Source: Perkinsus chesapeaki ATCC PRA-425 (Eukaryota > Protista > Perkinsozoa). From it: a DNA stretch of 49,271 nt. Below are positions 44,831 through 49,271 of the stretch, piece after piece. A model generated the notes under the pieces. The model worked only from the letters and a program-made list of their open reading frames with translations. It did no database searches and was not told the origin of the DNA. How positions within the stretch are numbered: position 1 is the first letter of the stretch; every line of letters begins with the position of its first letter. Made by a program: the position numbers and the translations under genes. The stretch is taken from assembly GCA_013115145.1 (NCBI GenBank), contig JAAPAO010000233.1:1-49271 (forward strand). The letters are read 5' to 3'.

Positions 44831-47122
44831 AGTTTGAATACAAGTGGAATACAGCGATATCACGGCGCATTCTGGTAAACGATCATACCCCCAAAATTCC
44901 ATTTTTCCGAGGTTCCACTGAATTCAAACTTGATCGCGTTTTCAATCACGATGAGCTTCGATTCAGATTCGTTATTCAGATTTCACCACTTCTTTTTTCG
45001 TTGAACTAAGTTGCTACGTGAGTCTTTGGAGTCTTCGTGGTACTGCTTTCTACCGCTCGCATGGGATGTGGCAATCGGTTTTCTATTTCAGTCACCATTC
45101 CGTATAGAAAGTCAGCCAATGAGGATATATTCACCGCCAAGCTTCGGCTTCAAAGACTACATTTAACCCAACCAAGCCGATAATCGCGAAACTTGTTTCC
45201 TTTCAAGTCATGAATAAACACACCCTGTTAAAAATCGTTTAATAAAAAGTCAGCCGTCGATTGGATCATTCTTTTGCAGCTTGTTGTAGTCAAACTCGTA
45301 CACCTCTTGCATCTGAAGTGACAATCTTGATTGAATCAATTCTCGGCTCTATTGGTTAATCCCCGCTTAGTGGAACTTCAAGTTCACCGGAGAGCTCACC
45401 TCCCAAGCTGATAGCTTTTCGATATTCACCAACGTCTTGATCAATTTCTCGCACTCTTCGTCCTCCAAAGCGATTGAACCTAACAGCAGCTCATTCCTAC
45501 GGAGTGCTCCTAAAGCGATAAATTAATAACCATGACCAATAGGCAATGACAAGCACCAAGAGGAACATCGAACGTCTTCTAACTTTTATTTATCATTTCA
45601 CTAGTAACAGAAAGTTTATAACTTTTCAGTAGTTGGTAGTTTCCTATCAAACTTGCTATTATATCTTTTCCTTCGTCGTCATCTATCTTTCCAATCGAGC
45701 CCACCTAGCATCTTGTGCTTGAACTGCAGAATGGCGTTCAGATCAGCTGTGGTGTTCCTGGCGTGACCGGAGGGATACATCACCATTCCACTAGAAAACT
45801 TCTTTCCTGCCAAAAATGAACGACCCCCTTCAATGACGACTCTAAAAATGCCCTATTAACGTCGGACAATTCCCGATTTCCTTCGATTCAGCAACGACTA
45901 TCAGACCTAAGCATATCATGCTAATAAGAATTGTGTAATCTCTCATTCATTACGTAAATAACCAATTATGAAAATTGATCATTTGTGTGAAAAGAAAGTG
46001 ATAGGAAAATTGAGTTTTCCAGGCAAGCCGCGTAGACCCCCAAAAAATCGGGAGCGCCGCGATTCCTGAGACTCAGCTGTTTACCATCTTCAGAAGTAAT
46101 CTCCACTGAAGTTGGAATCCCATCGGGGTATCTTTTATCGTATTCCGGGCCGCCATGTGAGAAGCTTATCTAGCCGAATAGAGCCCATTTCCGATATCCT
46201 AGTAGTATCGCTACCTTCTCCATCAACGAGCGCGTCTGCTTGTCATTAAGCGCCTCGTAACCGTAATCATGAGGAGATAACATCCAGTTGGTCCACGCTT
46301 CCTCATTTGACTTCGGCACCTATAACAAACAAATCCTAGCCACATTCAAATTACTAGTCAAATTTCACCCGGACCAAAAACTCGCTCGGCTCGACTAAAA
46401 TAGTTATTTTTCAAATCGATATGGGCGCTATATTAAAGGACACTGTATTACTGTATTAGAATTAAAAAGGCAGTGCACCGAATAAGTCCATTCTTTATTG
46501 GCAGGCTGTATATTACAATGAATAATAATTATTCATAATCAATTAATATTTAATTCGGTTTAACCAGGTTTTCGGGAAACCCAAACCCGATTATTGATTC
46601 ATAATATATAATAATTATCAACATCAATATGAAATACACCACAGTGTATTATACAGCTTGCCATATAATTATAGATTATCGCGTTTCTTTGAAAATTCTC
46701 GGCTATACGAGCGCACCCGTGATCAAAACCCGAAAGGCATGTAAATACGTTTTCATAAAAAGGGATAGTCTATTATTATTATTATTATTTGGGGGGCTGT
46801 TGTATATTACAGTTCAATGCCTTGTTAATACTTGTCGTCTACTACTTAATTTTTATCAAAAACAGGGTGGCCCGTGGAAAGAAAAATAGCGATTCTTTCT
46901 TTCATGCTATTTTTCTCTCGGAAAAACACGAAAAATACGAAAAAAAGGGATAGAGAAAAAAAGAAAAATGACGGAAATTTTGCTGAAGTAGGATTGAAGT
47001 CATTAATTATGCGCATCGTGGAGATGGAGCATACTATTAGAGTTAAGATAATGCAATAAATTACTACAAGCTTAGCGTATTCGGAGGCCTAGGCAGATCA
47101 TTTTTGCTGAGGCATACCCCCA

Positions 47123-47159
47123 GACGAGAAAGGAGCGGGTTCGATCCCTGGTAGGGTCA
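47123..47159 (+). repeat. tRNA 3'-half cassette
   Basis: GAGAAAGGA GCGGG TTCGATC CCTGG TAGGGTC A, closely similar to 8551-8585. Confidence 0.65.
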
Positions 47160-47410
47160 TATAAAAGCCATCAATTTTTATGGTTTCTTCTCAACCTCGT
47201 GGATGCTGGATCCGTGCCGAGCATTATAAGCGTATTGCGCTATTTGTAAGAGCTTTCCTACGTGCTAGGCCTTTTGTTTTCGGAGTGGCTATTTTTCCTA
47301 TTTTTCCACGGAAAAATAGATATTCTTTCTTTCGGAAAAATTGAAATTCTTTCCGGAAGAAAGAATGAAAAACCGGTCACTCCCTCAAAAAAATATAGTT
47401 TATTCAGTTA

Positions 47411-47731
47411 ATGACTACTTCCTCCTACCACTCCTCGATTAACAGCATTAGCCAGCAGTCTACTAATAATGAAGACCATACTGTGATCGGCACTCTGTCT
47501 TGTCGTTGGGTTACGCTTGGCAGGATCACCGATAATACCAAAGGCAGGCTCATATCTGAAATGACAGAAATTCCCAAAGAACTAGATCCAGGAGACTCAC
47601 GCTACAACGTTGATGTTCTTTATCTTCGCCGGATCGGCCATGAGCTCCGGGTTCTGCCTGATAGCACGCCAATTGCTCAATTAGAAATCCAGAGGGAATA
47701 TTTTTTATTTTTACCAAGGAATAAGAATTAA
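47411..47731 (+). CDS. Probable terminal exon of a hypothetical protein
   Basis: 106-aa ORF with protein-like composition. Upstream ARM-like fragment LVDAGSVPSIISVLRY near 47195. Confidence 0.35.
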   Translation: MTTSSYHSSINSISQQSTNNEDHTVIGTLSCRWVTLGRITDNTKGRLISEMTEIPKELDPGDSRYNVDVLYLRRIGHELRVLPDSTPIAQLEIQREYFLFLPRNKN

Positions 47732-48361
47732 TTTTAAGTAAATAAGAAATAGTAAATATTATTAATGATTAAAATGGAGAATGTCGTCGTATTATACAAA
47801 TTGAATATATTCACAGTAGCACAGCTATCAAATAAAGCATGCCACTGGTTGAAAGAACCCAGAACGAATTAGTAATAACCCAGACGAATTGATATAGTCC
47901 AGATCTTCTCAGTCAATGCTTTTATTAATTAGCTCTTGAAATGACGCAGTTGTGAATTAATACGAGATTATGATTATCAATCAGTATCAGCTAGAGATAA
48001 TTAAGATACTCATGACTATTACACACATATTAAATATAATGAGAATAATAAGTAGGATGAATGAAACTACTCCCATTCCACGTGGCTTTATTACTGACAA
48101 TCTATCACAACGCGCACCGAATTGAAGATCTGTCACGAAAGATAGACCATCTATTCATCTTTGGTAAATCGTTGTAAAATGACAGAATAATCTACTCCAG
48201 TATATGCTATTACTTACATCAGGAGATCAATCATGCCCTGAAGAGCTCCAGCACTTTGATGCTCGTAAAGTCCGAGCTTGAAATGCATACCCATTACAGC
48301 GAAATCGCTACCACTGTGGCTCAGCTCCTACAAAGAAAGACAAGAAAATAGTCAACTGTCA

Positions 48362-48429
48362 ATTCAGCTCTTTGGTAAAGCATCTCCTTTATGATCATAA
48401 GGTCGCTAGTTCAATCCCGGCATGCAGCT
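48362..48429 (+). pseudogene. Pseudo-tRNA (Ile TAT-like)
   Basis: TCAGCTCTTTGGTAAAGCA A-box/D-arm-like segment, TTTATGA loop, AAGGTC variable loop, AGTTCAATCCC B-box. Stems are degenerate. Confidence 0.45.
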
Positions 48430-49271
48430 TCAGAAAAACCATCCAATATTACAATGTCAAAAGGGCATTGGCCGTCCTGCTGTGGCTCAAAATAACGGAA
48501 AATGGCTTCTGGATTGCGGAAGACATCCCTAAAATGACGCAACCATTCCGATCGACAACTGATGATCTTCAATAGGTTCCCGATGGTGAAGTATTATCCC
48601 ATCTTCACCGGAAAGCTTGGCAGTCGTAGGGCAGCGTCGACGGCACATCGATACGTGATTGTCACATTAAATTCTATGCCAAAGATTTTCTCGTACAAGC
48701 TCGACAAAAGCTCGATAAATCTCACCCATAATTGGAGTATACGCTCTTTCGACTACAAACGTTGGCGAAAAGATAAATTGTTGACATTTCAACAAATCGA
48801 GTCGCGTCATATCGGATCATTGCGAACGCAATCGGACTAGATGTTGACCAAGGAAAAGTGTCGTAGAGAGATCTTGGCAGCGCAGCGATACGTCACATGA
48901 AGTTTCTTACTTGACATCGCATCATAAAAATTCAACAACAGTGGGATCATATCACGCATTACGTAAAATATATACTTTTACACTTGCAAGCGTCGGCGGA
49001 AAATTAATTTCTGAATAAGAAACGGCCCCTTAGGTCTGCGAGCGGATCAAGGCGGCAGACGATCCAACACTCCACAGCAATTGCCCACGATCCTCTATCA
49101 CCTCGGTCCCATGAACCCATTCATCGCTCTCTGCATGCACAATATAGCTGCCTCAGTACCTCACGACAACAACACTAAAGTCATGCGAACCAAACCGTCA
49201 TGCGAGTCCTTTTCCAGGCACAACTTCCTCGATGTCAAATGTAAGAACGTGCCATGATGATAACACTTGAA

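Noticed and set aside
1530-48429. Functional tRNA genes
   Set aside because: None of the tRNA-like segments forms a full cloverleaf with paired acceptor, D and anticodon stems, so they are reported as pseudo-tRNAs or cassettes.

Overview
Intron-rich eukaryotic protist DNA. The gene content and intron style suggest a Perkinsus-like alveolate; this is an inference, not confirmed. By hand-splicing, with exon phases checked at each junction, I reconstruct a 12-exon NSUN2/Trm4 tRNA m5C methyltransferase (+), a multi-exon TRM9/ALKBH8-type tRNA methyltransferase (-) and a PKA-like AGC kinase (-); the last two may form one ORF. Also present are a multi-exon S10 serine carboxypeptidase (+, modelled from motifs), an intronless TrmO/TsaA, an intronless exostosin (GT47), two tandem SLC35F-like transporters, a subtilisin, an hAT-like MITE and several decayed relics. 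The main unexplained signal is in the introns. At least 13 tRNA-derived cassettes occur, with T-arm/B-box, 3' acceptor strand, usually a discriminator A and usually oligo-T at canonical tRNA spacing. In six introns the 5' splice-site GT is itself part of the cassette, and one 44-nt intron is essentially tRNA 3'-half + TTTTT + AG. Three other recurrent intron cassettes, exon-like islands inside long introns and an excess of perfect palindromes with 1-nt centres are also seen. All gene models are manual and need RNA-seq confirmation.
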